A DNA stretch of 63,996 nucleotides, the filler included, from Intoshia linei (taxonomy: Eukaryota; Animalia; Orthonectida), in assembly GCA_001642005.1 (NCBI GenBank). It is 7 parts of 7 records of this genome, joined end to end, with 100 filler letters (N's around TTAATTAATTAA, not from the genome) between each part and the next. Parts side by side here need not be neighbours in the genome. Positions count along the whole stretch, not along the records: positions 1 to 13,738 come from LWCA01000998.1; 6 more parts are not named here. The stretch is one strand, 5' to 3'. The notes beneath the pieces were generated by a model. It was not told the origin of the DNA. It made no database searches and worked only from the letters and a program-made list of their open reading frames with translations. This document shows positions 1-12,375 of the stretch, piece by piece. The position numbers and the translations under genes are program-made. Each line of letters opens with the position of its first letter. The first letter of the stretch is position 1.

Positions 1-152
1 AGTGCTAGAAATTTTTTAGTGCCATAAAAAATTGCATTTGTCGACTCTAATTATAATAAATTTATTAACAGGCCATGCGGCCAATTGCGGCCCGTGGCCA
101 CACCTTGGACCATCCTGGACGATTGAAAAACCCTACAATACATATATAACAG

Positions 153-311
153 TGTATCTGAAAGATTACTTATTAAAATTTGTATGTAAGTTTCCAGGGT
201 CGGTAAAAGTACTTTTTTAATCATAAAAATGATAAATGAAATACCTTGTCTACAGTTTCATCGTTAAAACAGAAAATTGAATCCATAAGCGAATTAAAAA
301 TGACAAATTAA
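153..311 (+). CDS. Possible last two exons of an upstream gene (153-185, 256-311)
   Basis: AG at 151-152, canonical GTAAGT donor at 186, AG at 254-255. The spliced frame reads YLKDYLLKFVFSSLKQKIESISELKMTN*. No recognisable domain; alternative donors are possible. Confidence 0.3.
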
Positions 312-641
312 TTTGCCGATAAAACTAGAGTTAAAATTTAACTTAAATAATTGCAAATATACTTCAAACTAAAATTTCGTAGAGACTAAATGACAATTAA
401 TCGGTCCGGGAGTCCTAGCAATTTAATTGATATAGCAATAATCACGTGTCTACAACTCTTGCCAGAGTAACCTAATTGATACATATTACATGGATAGAAA
501 CAATTTTTTATATAATGTCAAACATTCACTGAGCAATATTGAAGTGTATATTAAATTTATACAAAGTTTATTTATTTTTCAAAACTTCATTTTGATAACT
601 AATATATTTATTTTACAAATTAATTGAAAACAAACCGAATT

Positions 642-1248
642 ATGGGTAATTTTTGAAATTTAAAATAAAAGTTTAATAGTGTACAATCATAATCATTGGC
701 AAGTATAATTTATAAAATTTAGAAACTACACATCATTTAGTAATTGAAAAAATAGACAGACTAAGATATGAAAATATTGAATCTAAAAATTTCGTTCTCA
801 TTAATAAAAGATGGTATATTCTTATTCAACTAGACAAGAGTATTGGTAGTATAAATTTTGATACATTTAAAATTCATCTTATTTGTGAATCGAGTGACGA
901 AGATACATTTAACATTAATGTCAAAGTTTCTATTCTTCCTTATAATCCTCTTTATCAACCAAAAACTGAGTTTGTTCAATATACGATACTTTCACCTTGT
1001 GATCCATTGTTTCCTCCCATTAAATATAAATTAACGGTAATTTTTTAATACAATTATTTGAACATTTTTAATCATTTTTAAATAGTCACTGCTCACTAAA
1101 AATTATGCTATGAATAATACTCTTCAAATGGAAATTTCGATTGAACGGGATACGTTTATATATTTTTTATTTTCTATATTTATTTGTAGGCCCCTTATTG
1201 AAATTATACAGAATCCAGATTTTATAGTTAAATATTTGCAAGATACCA
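642..1248 (+). CDS. Divergent MATH/TRAF-like domain exons (642-645, 723-1036, 1086-1153, 1190-1248), probably the 5' end of USP7
   Basis: Phase-consistent GT-AG introns (77, 49, 36 nt). The protein METTHHLVIEKIDRLRYENIESKNFVLINKRWYILIQ...FKIHLICES...FNINVKVSILP...LLTKNYAMNNTLQMEISIE follows the MATH strand pattern. The phase-1 donor at 1249 matches the phase-1 acceptor at 5180. Confidence 0.6.
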
Positions 1249-1354
1249 GTAATTTACAATGTATACTTTTAATTTATAATTCAAGCTAATAATGATAATT
1301 TACAGTATGAGTCGCGCGTCACGTCACGACTTTTTGTCTATCGACTGCAAAATA

Positions 1355-2692
1355 TACCCCGACCAGAAATTTTGCAATTGATATAAACCTGTCTAGATGA
1401 ACATATAAGTTTCGGAATTTTTATTATATGATGCAGATTCCCAAGATCCGTCATTGGAAAAAAATCGAGTATATTCGTAAATATTTAATTTTTTCAATTT
1501 TGAGAAACTATGAAAGTGGTAATAAATTGAAGAAGATTTACAGAAGTGTATTGAAAAGTTTAAAATTGCAAAAAACCACAACGTTTCTCTTAGAACTGTA
1601 TATAATATTTCAAATTTGAATAGGTCGATCGAAACTAAGTACAACGGTTAACCGTCCAGAAAGAAAGAATTCTAAAAAACGTTAAAAATGCAAGTTGTAG
1701 AGTTCAAAATTCTGGAAAATAGTGACGTCATTATCAATGGCTCACCGTATGCGAAATACCCCATCAAAATATACAATTTGTCGAGCCCTCAAGGATAGCG
1801 GTCTAAGCTTTAAACATTTACGTCAAAAACTCATTTTAAACGAAACACATAAGAATGGACGCGTAAATTTTGCCTGGAACCTTTTTTCTGACAGGATCGA
1901 TACATCAAAAATGGTTTTTTCCGATGAATGCAGATTTTTTTTGATGAACGTGATAATCTTATGTCGTGGAATCCAATAAAAATCAGAAAAAGTCCATTTC
2001 CGGTGATTCCATCATGATTTGGATGCTTGATATACTGTGGGACTATTATTATTAGAAAGGTAGACTATACGGTAAATAGTGATTAATATATTGGAATATT
2101 ATTCGTTGATGCATTTGTTGATTTGAGAATCATCGGGCAGAATTAATTTTCCAACAGGACAATGCTTGACCACATGTAAGAGAGAAAACTCTTTCGAGGT
2201 TTACATCTGGATCAATACAGTTGTTCAATTGGCCCCCTTATTCCCCAGATTTATCTCATATCGAGAATTTGTGGTCTATAATTAATAATCAACTCTATGA
2301 TGGTATACAATCTTATTCGAAAAAAGTCTTGTGGAAAAAGATATCTCATATTGTCCAGAAAATAAATTCTGAATGAAAAAAAGAAGACCCGAAAACTCCA
2401 TCAATCTTTTAATTCAAAACTATGCAAAGTCTTAGTGAGTAATGGCAATTTGATTGATGTTTAATATATGGTATATCAATAAATAATTATATATTCTGTT
2501 TTGCAAAATTGTTGAGACTTTCATATTTTCTCAAAATTGAAAAAATGTACTATCTACGAATATATTCGATTTATTTTTCTAAATTTTTTTCCAATGACGG
2601 GTCTTACGAATATGTATCTTATATAAAAAATTCAGAAATTTAAATGTTGATTTAGACAGGCTTATATTAATTGCAAAATTGCTGGGAGAGTA
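1355..2692 (+). mobile_element. Tc1/mariner (DD34E) transposon, degenerate, with ~165-bp terminal inverted repeats
   Basis: Inverted repeats at about 1355-1518 and 2517-2692, flanked by TA. Transposase motifs VFSDECRF and FQQDNA*PH...WPPYSPDLSHIENLW with exactly 34 residues between D and E. Stops and frameshifts are present. Confidence 0.92.
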
Positions 2693-3756
2693 TATATCTA
2701 AATTTTATTTTCAAAACATTTCCTAATAATATTGAAATATTAATGTATGGACTTGAATAGACAACCGGACCAATGTTAATTGTATTGTATGAAAAATGTT
2801 AAGGCAGGGGTTATTAACAATATCCTTGACTGTTTATTGCATCCATTATTTGTTTCAATTTTTCCAAGTTACCGTTTGATAAAACTACATGTATCATTTC
2901 GATTATAATCGAAGATAATTTTTCTATAACATTTCAATTTATCAACTTTTAAAATAGTGGTGGATTGAGAAATTTCAAGATTTCTACAATAGTTGACCAT
3001 TTTTATATTAAAGTTAAAAAGTTTGTCAAGCGATTAAAATTTTTTTGTTTTTCCAATTAGAATAATGTCGCATTTTTCGCCCGCCAATGAGACACAAAAC
3101 AAGCTTATTTTTTTTTTTTAATTTTCCACTTATGCTTTTTTCCAAATTAAAGCATAATGTTCTTTTAGGAGAACATTTATATGTCCATTTTTATCACTAT
3201 TAAAAGTGTTGTGATTTTCATAAACATATTTATAATCGTTTATTGTGCCATCAGTGATCTCAATAATGACTCATCACTAGGGTGTGCACTTTTGACACTT
3301 TTTGTTTAATTTAAAAAAGTATATTTTATTGAGTGTCCCAAATATTATTTAGAACATAATTATTGAAAAAAGTTTACATAATTAAGAAATTTAGAGATGG
3401 AGGGTTCCTATCATGATCAATACATGAATAAGGGAAGTTCAATCGCATCATCTTGTTCACTCATCATTGAATTGTTTTATATTAATCTGTCTACTTTTAT
3501 TAATTGAAATTAACCCATTTTTTTCGATGAATCATAACGAACTTTTTTTTGGTCAATAAATATTGTCTCAAACCCTCATATTTTGATTTTTATGTAAATC
3601 GGAAACCAGACGAAAAAGTTGAAGGAGATGTGACCATATGGTCACACTAGGCTAATATGACTACAAAATTTGTAAAATGTATAATGTAATACATTTAACA
3701 TATAAATAAAAATATTAAAAAACTAATCAGAAAGTTGAAGAAAGTTATCTGAAATC

Positions 3757-4025
3757 TTAAGTTTTTTTTAACAGCAACTTCGTGTTCCAATTAGCAAATG
3801 TTGATAGTGTCATACTATTAATGTTTTCCAACGAAACCGTAACTTTCTTTGTCGGAACCTCTTCAGCCATGGTATGTATGGTATCGTCATATTGTATTTC
3901 AGTATTTTTATTATCAATAATTGTTATTTGTTCTTTCTGTTAATAAATTATTATCCATTAATTTTCACTTGAACGATATTTAAATTAAATTCAACAAGTT
4001 TTTTGGCTGTCATCGATATGTTCAT
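3757..4025 (-). CDS. Candidate small two-exon gene (78 aa), antisense inside the putative first large USP7 intron
   Basis: ATG at 4025, 32-nt GT-AG intron 3937-3968, stop at 3757. Reads MNISMTAKKLVEFNLNIVQ|KEQITIIDNK...FANWNTKLLLKKT*. No homology recognised. Confidence 0.3.
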
Positions 4026-5180
4026 AAGTTAATTCAATTCGCAATATATACCATGAATAAAATTATTCAATTCAATACAGCAAGATCATATCGATATGAT
4101 TTAATTATGTTTTATTTCATCTATTGAAAATATTTATATATTTGTTGTTATTAATATAACTTATTAAAAAAATTAATAAGTTACATTTGTAAATTAAAAA
4201 TTGTATTTGTTTATTGCAAATGAACTCCTTCTACATCATTGTGGTAACTATACGATGGTATATTTTTTTACCAAGAATATATGCTACTTTGTAGCTTCCG
4301 TTATGTCACTTTTCAGTAAACATTTTCATAATTACTTTATTTGATTGTTCATACACTTTTTTAATTTATTAAATGTCGCATATTGTAGTTCTTTTTTTAA
4401 AAGTTTAATAATGTTGATACGCATTATAATTTTTAAAAGTAGTTATTTTACGATTACAGTATCTTAATTATTGGGTTCGACTTGGAAATTATATTAAAAT
4501 ATACACATAATTCCTAATGGTACATATTTACTTTTAAATTATAATAAACTTGGCTAGATAATTTCATTTTTACTTATATGAAATTTACTAATTATAATTG
4601 AACAATGAAAATGTTTAAAATAATTACTAAAATGCGACGTTTCGGACGAACGGAGAAAAGTAAGAAACAATTTAAAATGTAAAAATTACTTAAATCTATT
4701 AATTTGACTTGTAGAATATAGATGGTTCGGTAAATGTTACCTTTCTTAAACTACTGCAGATGTATTGATGATGAAATTTTTGTTTACATAGTATTTTTAG
4801 TAATTCAAATATATTAATGTACCTTCATTTGAAATGCCTAAGCTAGATTGAATTGAAACAATATTCTATTTTTATATTTTACGACTTTTAAACCTCCCAC
4901 CCTGTTGCAGATTTGAAACCATCGGACCTATCAAATTTAATTTATAATCGTATTGTTGTGACATTAAACTGTTCAATTATATACTGGTCTTATGAAATTT
5001 TCGTGTTTATTGAAACCCTTCAAAATTTTGAAAAATTTTATCGAAAAATAAAACATAAAAAATCGCGTATTTATTTAATTGCGCAGCAAATTAATAAACT
5101 ACTTTTATCATTAAATGTTATTTATTGAATGGCGCTAAATTATTTAAAAAAATTACTTTTTAATAACAATGTAATTGTAG

Positions 5181-8100
5181 ATAAAGTATCCAATTTTTCA
5201 ATATCTCTTAATGCCGGCAGACTTTTGGAAGCTCCACTGGAATCTTCAATTTTCAAGTGCTATCTTGGGGAATGGTATTTTTTTATTTATTACGATGTAT
5301 CTTTATTTAGGTATGCTATTGTTAAATTTGAACAAAAGAAGGAATCGGACGACGAGCTTTTGTTTTTTTTCATTTTTAAAAAAATTAAGTAATATTTAAT
5401 TATCATTTTGTATTTATTATTTCCTAGTTTGGAATATAAAAACATTAAAATAACTATAAAAATGTCTCCAGTAATCGATTACGATTTGCCAATTGTCAAA
5501 GGTAAAATTATTCTATTTGTAAATATATAAGTAACTTATTTAGAATGTGATTATAAAAGCGTTACACCCAAAGATGTATTAAAACCTATAACATTTTACT
5601 TACATGTATGAACGTGTATTATTTTTATTTTATTATTTTTACTTTGTAGGAAAACGAATTACAAAAATATATTTCTGAAGATTTACTAAAATTTGTTGTT
5701 AAATTCGAACCACACGATAATATAGAGTAAATTTAATTAATTGATTAAATATAGAATAAATATTGTAACGTTGATTAGATCTGATGAAGATAGTAAAACT
5801 GATTTTATAACTGAAACCATCAATTTATCTGAATCGCTTGATTGTAATTTTGCTTAAATGTGTTTTAATTTTCAATTTAGTGGATCATGCTATGGATTCA
5901 GAAGGGCGTCTAAGATTTGTTGTAAATAATTTTATTAATAAAACCGACAATAATGTACAAACCCGGCTTCATAGCGATTCAATTAGAGTTAGAAACATGA
6001 ATTGGAGAATTTTATTGATGAGGCCTTCTTATGCCAATGAAAATCGACTGTCGTTTTTTTTAAAGGTGGATAGCCCTGATGATAATGTGTACGATTTTTT
6101 TAATTTAAATATACTTTTTAATAGTTCCTGGAATGTCAACGCTTCAGCAAAGTTGAAGCTTTGCTCATTGAATGGTCAAGATGATATTGAAAAAAGTATG
6201 ATTTTTTGTTTTATTGAAAAAATTTAAATAGGTATTCGACACGTGTTTAATCACAGAGAAAACGATTGGGGTTATAAATCATTTGTTGCTTGGGAAATTT
6301 TGACAAATGATAAAGGAGTGTATGTTACTCCAGATGGGTCTTTTACCGTTGAAGCTCATATTCAAGCTGACGCTCCTCATGGTTTGAGGTTAGTTTATTG
6401 ACAACTGATTATTACTTTTATTTTCTAGTTGGGATTCAAAGGTGCAAACAGGATATGTAGGAATTCGAAATCAAGGTGCAACGTGTTATATGAATTCAGT
6501 ATTACAAACCTTTTTTTTTACCAACAAATTACGTAAGTCTATATATGAAATACCGACAGACGATTCAAAAAGTAGCAATAATGTGGCATTCAGTATGCAA
6601 CGACTGTTTTATGAATTGCAAACTAGTAAAAAAGAAATTTTGACTAAACAATTGACAAAATCTTTTGGTTGGGAATCTGTGGATTCCTTAATGCAGCAAG
6701 ACGTTCAAGAATTTTTAAGAGTGTTGTTGGATAATCTAGAAACTAAAATGAAAGGAACAGTTGTGGAAAACGTGGTTCCAGAATTGTTCAAAGGTGACTA
6801 CACTTCATACATTTCTTGCATAGATGTTGACTACTCGAGTGAAGTTCATGAATCATTCTATGATATTCAGTTGAATATAAAGAATATTAAGGGCGTTGAA
6901 GAGTCGTTTGAAGACTATGTTAAATGCGAGATTTTAGACGGAGATAATAAATATAAAGCTGGCGATCACGGATTACAAAAAGCTGAGAAGGGTGTAATTT
7001 TTACAAAGTTTCCACCAGTATTGCATTTATTGTTGAAAAGATTTCAATATGACATGTATAGCGATTCAAATGAAAAAATTTATGATAGATTTGAATTTCC
7101 TGAGCGTTTGGATTTGACTAGATTTCTACGTGAACCTCGAAAAAATGACGACTTGGCAATTTATAGATTACAAGCTGTTTTAGTTCACGCAGGTGACAAT
7201 TCAGGAGGTCATTATGTCGCTTATATTGACCCCATGTGTAACGGGAAATGGTTCAAATTTGACGATGAAATTGTATGCCAGTGCTCAAAAGAACAAGCAA
7301 TTGAAAATAATTTTGGAGGTGATTATCATGACGGCGACCATTATTTTAAAAATGCAACTTCTGCTTACATGTTGGTTTATATTAATGAAAGTGAAATTGA
7401 ACAATTACTGCTAGACATACTTTTAACCGACATTCCTGGAAATGTTGTTGCCAGATTGAAAGACGAAATTGAATGCGAGAATGTTAAAAACCGTTGTAGT
7501 TCTTCTGTAAATATTGAATTATATCACAGCAATGATATGAAGAATTGTACTGGTATAGATTTTACTGATCTTGAATGTGAAAAAAAATGTTATGTACTTC
7601 CCAAATATAGTACCTTTCAGACTGTCAAGAATGCAGTAGCTTCTTTGGAGGAAAGGGAATTCAGACTCTACCTTTGCCAGCAAAATGGAAGAACTTGGAA
7701 AATGATTTACATTGGTGATGAAGATCTACCGCATGGAACCTTGGAATCGCTTGTCTGTTCTACCATCAAATTTTACATCGAAATTCTCGAAGACTCAAAA
7801 TTTGATTATATTGAACAATGTTTCAATCCCACAACAGACTATATAATGTTTGTTAAATTTTTCGAACCTCTAAACGACAAAGTCTATCATCTCGGCACGT
7901 TGATTATATCTTGTTCAGACACTCTTTTATCCATCATTACTCGAGCTACTCAAAAATTTTCAAATTTGATCAACACCGAAATACTAAACAATGTCACTGA
8001 AAGTAATATGGAAGAATTGGATCTCAACATGTATTATATTCATAGAGATAATTTTACCAAAATTGACGATTCTTTGTTTGAAATTTCGTTTCATTCAAAA

Positions 8101-10663
8101 TCAGACCTAAAACATCATGATGGTGATATTTTAATCTTTGAACGTAATGTTGAAAACGAACCAGTAACCACAATCGAACAGTTTATCGCGTATAAATGGT
8201 ACTCTGTCGATATTCTTGTTTATAACGATAATGACCTGGAACAGAAACGTTTTGTTCTAGAGTTGAACATGAGGGATAATTATGAAAATCTTATCCAAGA
8301 AGTTGCCACCAAATTAAACATAACTCCAGATTGTATTATATTGTATCGTTGTATTATTTACGACAACAAATTGAGGGTTTCAAATATTATTGAACACAAT
8401 TCTGATGAAATTTCGGATATTTTAATGATTAATGAACGACAGTGTATCTCCGAACGACCAGTCAGAATGATTATGTACAAAATACTAAACAAGGTTCGCC
8501 ATAATACCGAAAAATCTATCAAGATTGGAGTCATTTTCTCAGAAGACAAACTTCACCGTGATGTCATTGTAAACACTACACAGAAAGATAATATTGGACA
8601 TTTAATTGCTTATGTTTTGGAAACTTTGGGCATTGAAAAACCAGTTACAGAATTTAGATGCATGGCTATCAAAGATCATGCAATAATTAATGTTTTGCCG
8701 TTCGATAAACTTATTCATCCCTTGAAACATATGCTCAACATTGACACTATCAATAAAAACAATAGTAGTGTTGAAAATCAACATGAACATGAACGTTTGA
8801 TTACATGTACCCATTTTGTCGGTGAACCTAATTATGCTTTTGGTAACCCGTTTATTCTCAAAATTGTCAAATCTGAATCTTTTGAAAAATTAACAAGCCG
8901 AATTCGTGAAATGACCTCGCTCCCTTCTTATGATAAGGTTTTTATTTTTTATAAATAACAAATAATCTCTAAAAAGAGTTAATAAATTATACATTTGTCA
9001 AAATCTTAACCATTGTACCATATATTACCATTGTAATACAATTTTCTGATTAGTTAATTTATTAATTAATCGATATTTACGAATAATTTAAAATAACATT
9101 ATTTATATTGTTAATTATAAACAATATATTAGATTATAAAAGTATAAGTATATATTATTTTAATACTATGTCAATGTTTAAGTCTTAGACATCTTTAAAA
9201 ATCTATTTATTTGAATAGAATATCTTTGTCATATTCGACCTGAAATTAATAAAATTGCCAAAACTCATCTAGATAAAATTTTAAACTGTTAATAATTATT
9301 TTAAAATAGTTTTCGATTAAATTTATTATTTATTAATATTAAAATCGACCACCCTTGAAGATGAGTAAATTTTCTTAAAAGTAACTGAAATCATTGATTT
9401 TAATGATCAAAAATCGGCCCATACCAACAATAGAAAAATATCAAACATTTATGTAATTTATTTTGACGAACACTTGATCGAAATTTATCGTGGAACTACC
9501 TGCATATGTAATTTGATGCGGTATCATGCCATAATGCAGTGATTGTAAAACGTTTTTTTAGCAAACCAACAACAAACCCTGCAATTACCTTGTTAAATTT
9601 TTTTTTTACTAGTAAGATTCTGACTACTACAGTATTTCTGTCTGAAAAAATCCAAGTTTCTCGATCCACTAATTAAATTTCGCAACGTCCTAAACCAGGG
9701 GTGACGAAAATTGAGTCTTCATTATTAATTTATATTTTAAATTCTAAGATACTTGATTATAACGTGTACCATATAAAGCAGGATCAGAAACCAGTGACCC
9801 GATGGCCAAAAGTGCCAACAGAATAATTTTGGTGACTTTTTGAGTAAATATGTAAATTATTTATTTTTCCACTTTTAAACACTGTTTTAAAAATTTTCTA
9901 TTATAATTATTAATTTATTATTTGGCTCATTATAATCATTTTAATACATAATTTTCAAATCGCCTTGAATTTTATTTTTTTCAATATACTAGAATCGTTT
10001 GTTTTTAATTAAAATCGAAATGTATCAAGTGTACATTGTGTACCATGTGTAGCGACAGTGAATTTTCAAACACGGGGCCCGTGGAATTTGTTGATATAAA
10101 AGGCCACGAGATACAAAAGAATACCGACCCTTGATATAAAGTATATATGACAAAAATAAGATTAGTATGTTACACCTGCAAATATAAAAATTATTATTGT
10201 CATATGGTCCTATCCACGGTCCTGGTGACCCGTCATCCACGTAACACCGTAAATAAGTTTCAGGAAAAAATTAAAATTTTAAAACCTTTGAACAGACACT
10301 GATAAGTCAGTTTTACAACTTTTTGACCTTATTCTTGTGGACCTGGTTTTTGAAAATAGGAAATGTAGTTTTAAATTGATTGTTTTCTACCATATTTTAA
10401 CTAATTATTTAATTTAGTTCCGTATCGTTTTAGTAAATGGATCAAAATGTAAATATATAGACGAAAAAAATCCTACAGTCTCTTTGATTTTCGAACTCAT
10501 CAACCCGAAAGAATCTATCAATAAAAGTAATTAAATCAAATGTAGGTTATAATTTGAAATTGTAGCTATTGAAGATTCTATTTGGATTGGAATTGATCAT
10601 CCAAACCGAACAAATAAACGTAATCGCGTGGCCAATGAGCGATCCATTAGAATAAATAATTAA
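5181..10663 (+). CDS. USP7: Ubiquitin carboxyl-terminal hydrolase 7 (MATH + peptidase C19 + UBL region), preceded by a second MATH-like domain
   Basis: Exons 5181-5274, 5311-5388, 5428-5501, 5544-5605, 5650-5726, 5779-5843, 5881-6088, 6125-6195, 6232-6388, 6429-8937, 10418-10526, 10566-10663, all phase-consistent. Motifs ENDWGY, QADAPHG.WDSK, Cys box GIRNQGATCYMNS, QQDVQEF, His box GGHYVAY..WFKFDD, and C-terminal WIGIDH...ERSIRINN* matching the USP7 activating tail. Confidence 0.96.
9778..10133. mobile_element. Non-autonomous hAT-like MITE (second copy at about 36109-36387)
   Basis: Both copies share CAG(A/C)AACCAGTG...CAGAATAATTTTGGT and TTTTCAAA.ACGGGGC.CGT.GAATTT.TTGATATAAAA...GACCC.TG; the ends resemble CAGGGG-type hAT termini. 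Confidence 0.55.
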
Positions 10664-11902
10664 CTCTACAGATGATGTAGTTCAATGTTACATTTATATA
10701 AATTTGTTTTTAATTTTTGTAGTTAATTAGTTAATGCAAGTGAAATTTTATTTTATCCATATAAAATATTTTTAATTCTAATAATGCATTTTTTGTCTTA
10801 ATTGATGGTATACTTTTTATTTTTTAAATCGCGCTATGGCTATTACATCCTAATAGCCCATTTATTAACACATTAAAGAAACGTCTTGTTATAAAAATTG
10901 TATTAGATGGTTAAATCAATAAGAATATTATTTGATTCCAGACATTGTGGAATTAAAAATATAGTTTTATACATTTGCAGTCTTTGAATTATTTTTCAAG
11001 GTTAAAATCAATATATTGTGATTTAAAACATATAAAATGTATTTCCGTTTAGTTGAAATGAATTTAACCATTAATCTACATGATAAATAGGTATTGTTAT
11101 TTCAATATTAACTATGGATGAAATTAATTTAAATATAACGGAGGTTAATTATGTTTGTATTACTGATACGCTTAGAAATTTATAATTAAAATTTTTTCAT
11201 TTATTCAATTGAAGATAGCACTACATGAATAATTATATTGATTATAGATAAACATGTTTAATATTTTCTGTCAAGATCATTTACATGTAATTAGCCCTGA
11301 CTTTGTAATTTATGGTATATTTCTGCTATTTAAATTACTTGTTGCTAAATTTTGTTTATTTATAAAAACATTACATTTCACTCATTAGCGTGTTAAAATT
11401 TCAAAATCAGAATTAAAACCTACAGGTCAGTTTTTTTATAGCAAATGTGTATTTTCCAATATTTTGAACTTTTAGTTCATTCACCCGTTGCCATTCTTTG
11501 TGACACCTGCTTATTTTTGATTTTCTAAACTTGAGTCTAAAGTTTTAGTGTTCAATTTTAAATATGGATTTATCATAAATGCACCCAAAAGTTATTTTAT
11601 ATGGTTACAAAATTGAATAAATATTTCTTTTATATTTTTTAATTTGCATTTATTGTCTCAGGCAATATTTTTAAATTTGTTTTACGTAATTTACCATTTT
11701 TATACTTTAATCCTCATTTTACTGATTTATGGACCCGGAAATATTGGAAAGGTATTTTTAAAGATAATATATATTGTGTTATGTATTATGGAGTCCTGAT
11801 TATTCGAAACTTGTAAAAACCGGTTATCGAATAATTTCGGTTATTTGAACAACGATTATCCGATTAATAGGAATTTAAAATTTTTAACATAAAAACCAAT
11901 AA

Positions 11903-12375
11903 TCCTTACTTATATAATATGCTACGCGTTTTTGTTTGTGTGTATGTTCCACTATATTGAAATAACTACCAGTCTTAGAACTTTATAAAGTCCACATTTC
12001 AATTACAATTTTTTCTGGGGCATATAATAAAATAAATTTCAAACTCCCAAACTCACATCTTACGGGTTAAAAACCAAATTGTCCTTCTTTTTGAAAATCA
12101 AACGAGTTAGAGAATTTAAAAATATATATACGCGGATACGGATTTTAAAATCATAAACATTATCATAAATTTAAATTGCTGATGCGGATTTTAAAATCAT
12201 AAACATTATCATAAATTTAAATTTAAAAAAATACACTGATGCGGATTTTAAAATCATAAACATTATCATAAATTTAAATTTAAAAAAATTATATTTTCAA
12301 AGTCAAAATCCCAAATTACCCTTCTTTTTTTAATGAAAACAGCCCTAGAATTTAAAAAAATTTACAGGTGGTACA
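11903..12375 (+). mobile_element. Non-autonomous Helitron family, 5' fragment containing a 3-copy tandem repeat (about 12140-12290)
   Basis: Starts A|TCCTTACTTATATAATATGCTACGC followed by a GT-rich tract. CGGATTTTAAAATCATAAACATTATCATAAATTTAAATT occurs three times. Confidence 0.75.

Noticed and set aside
4605-4800. Short ATG-initiated exon-like pieces with GT-AG pairs
   Set aside because: No splicing path gave an open frame longer than about 30 aa or a join to 5181.
7193-8814. Overlapping and antisense ORFs inside USP7 (also inside SLC5A7, COX15 and the protocadherin)
   Set aside because: Shadow frames of real coding exons with no independent support.
6442-8958. 838-aa ORF as a complete stand-alone protein
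   Set aside because: It is one internal exon (6429-8937). The listed start is a GTG and its end runs into an intron.
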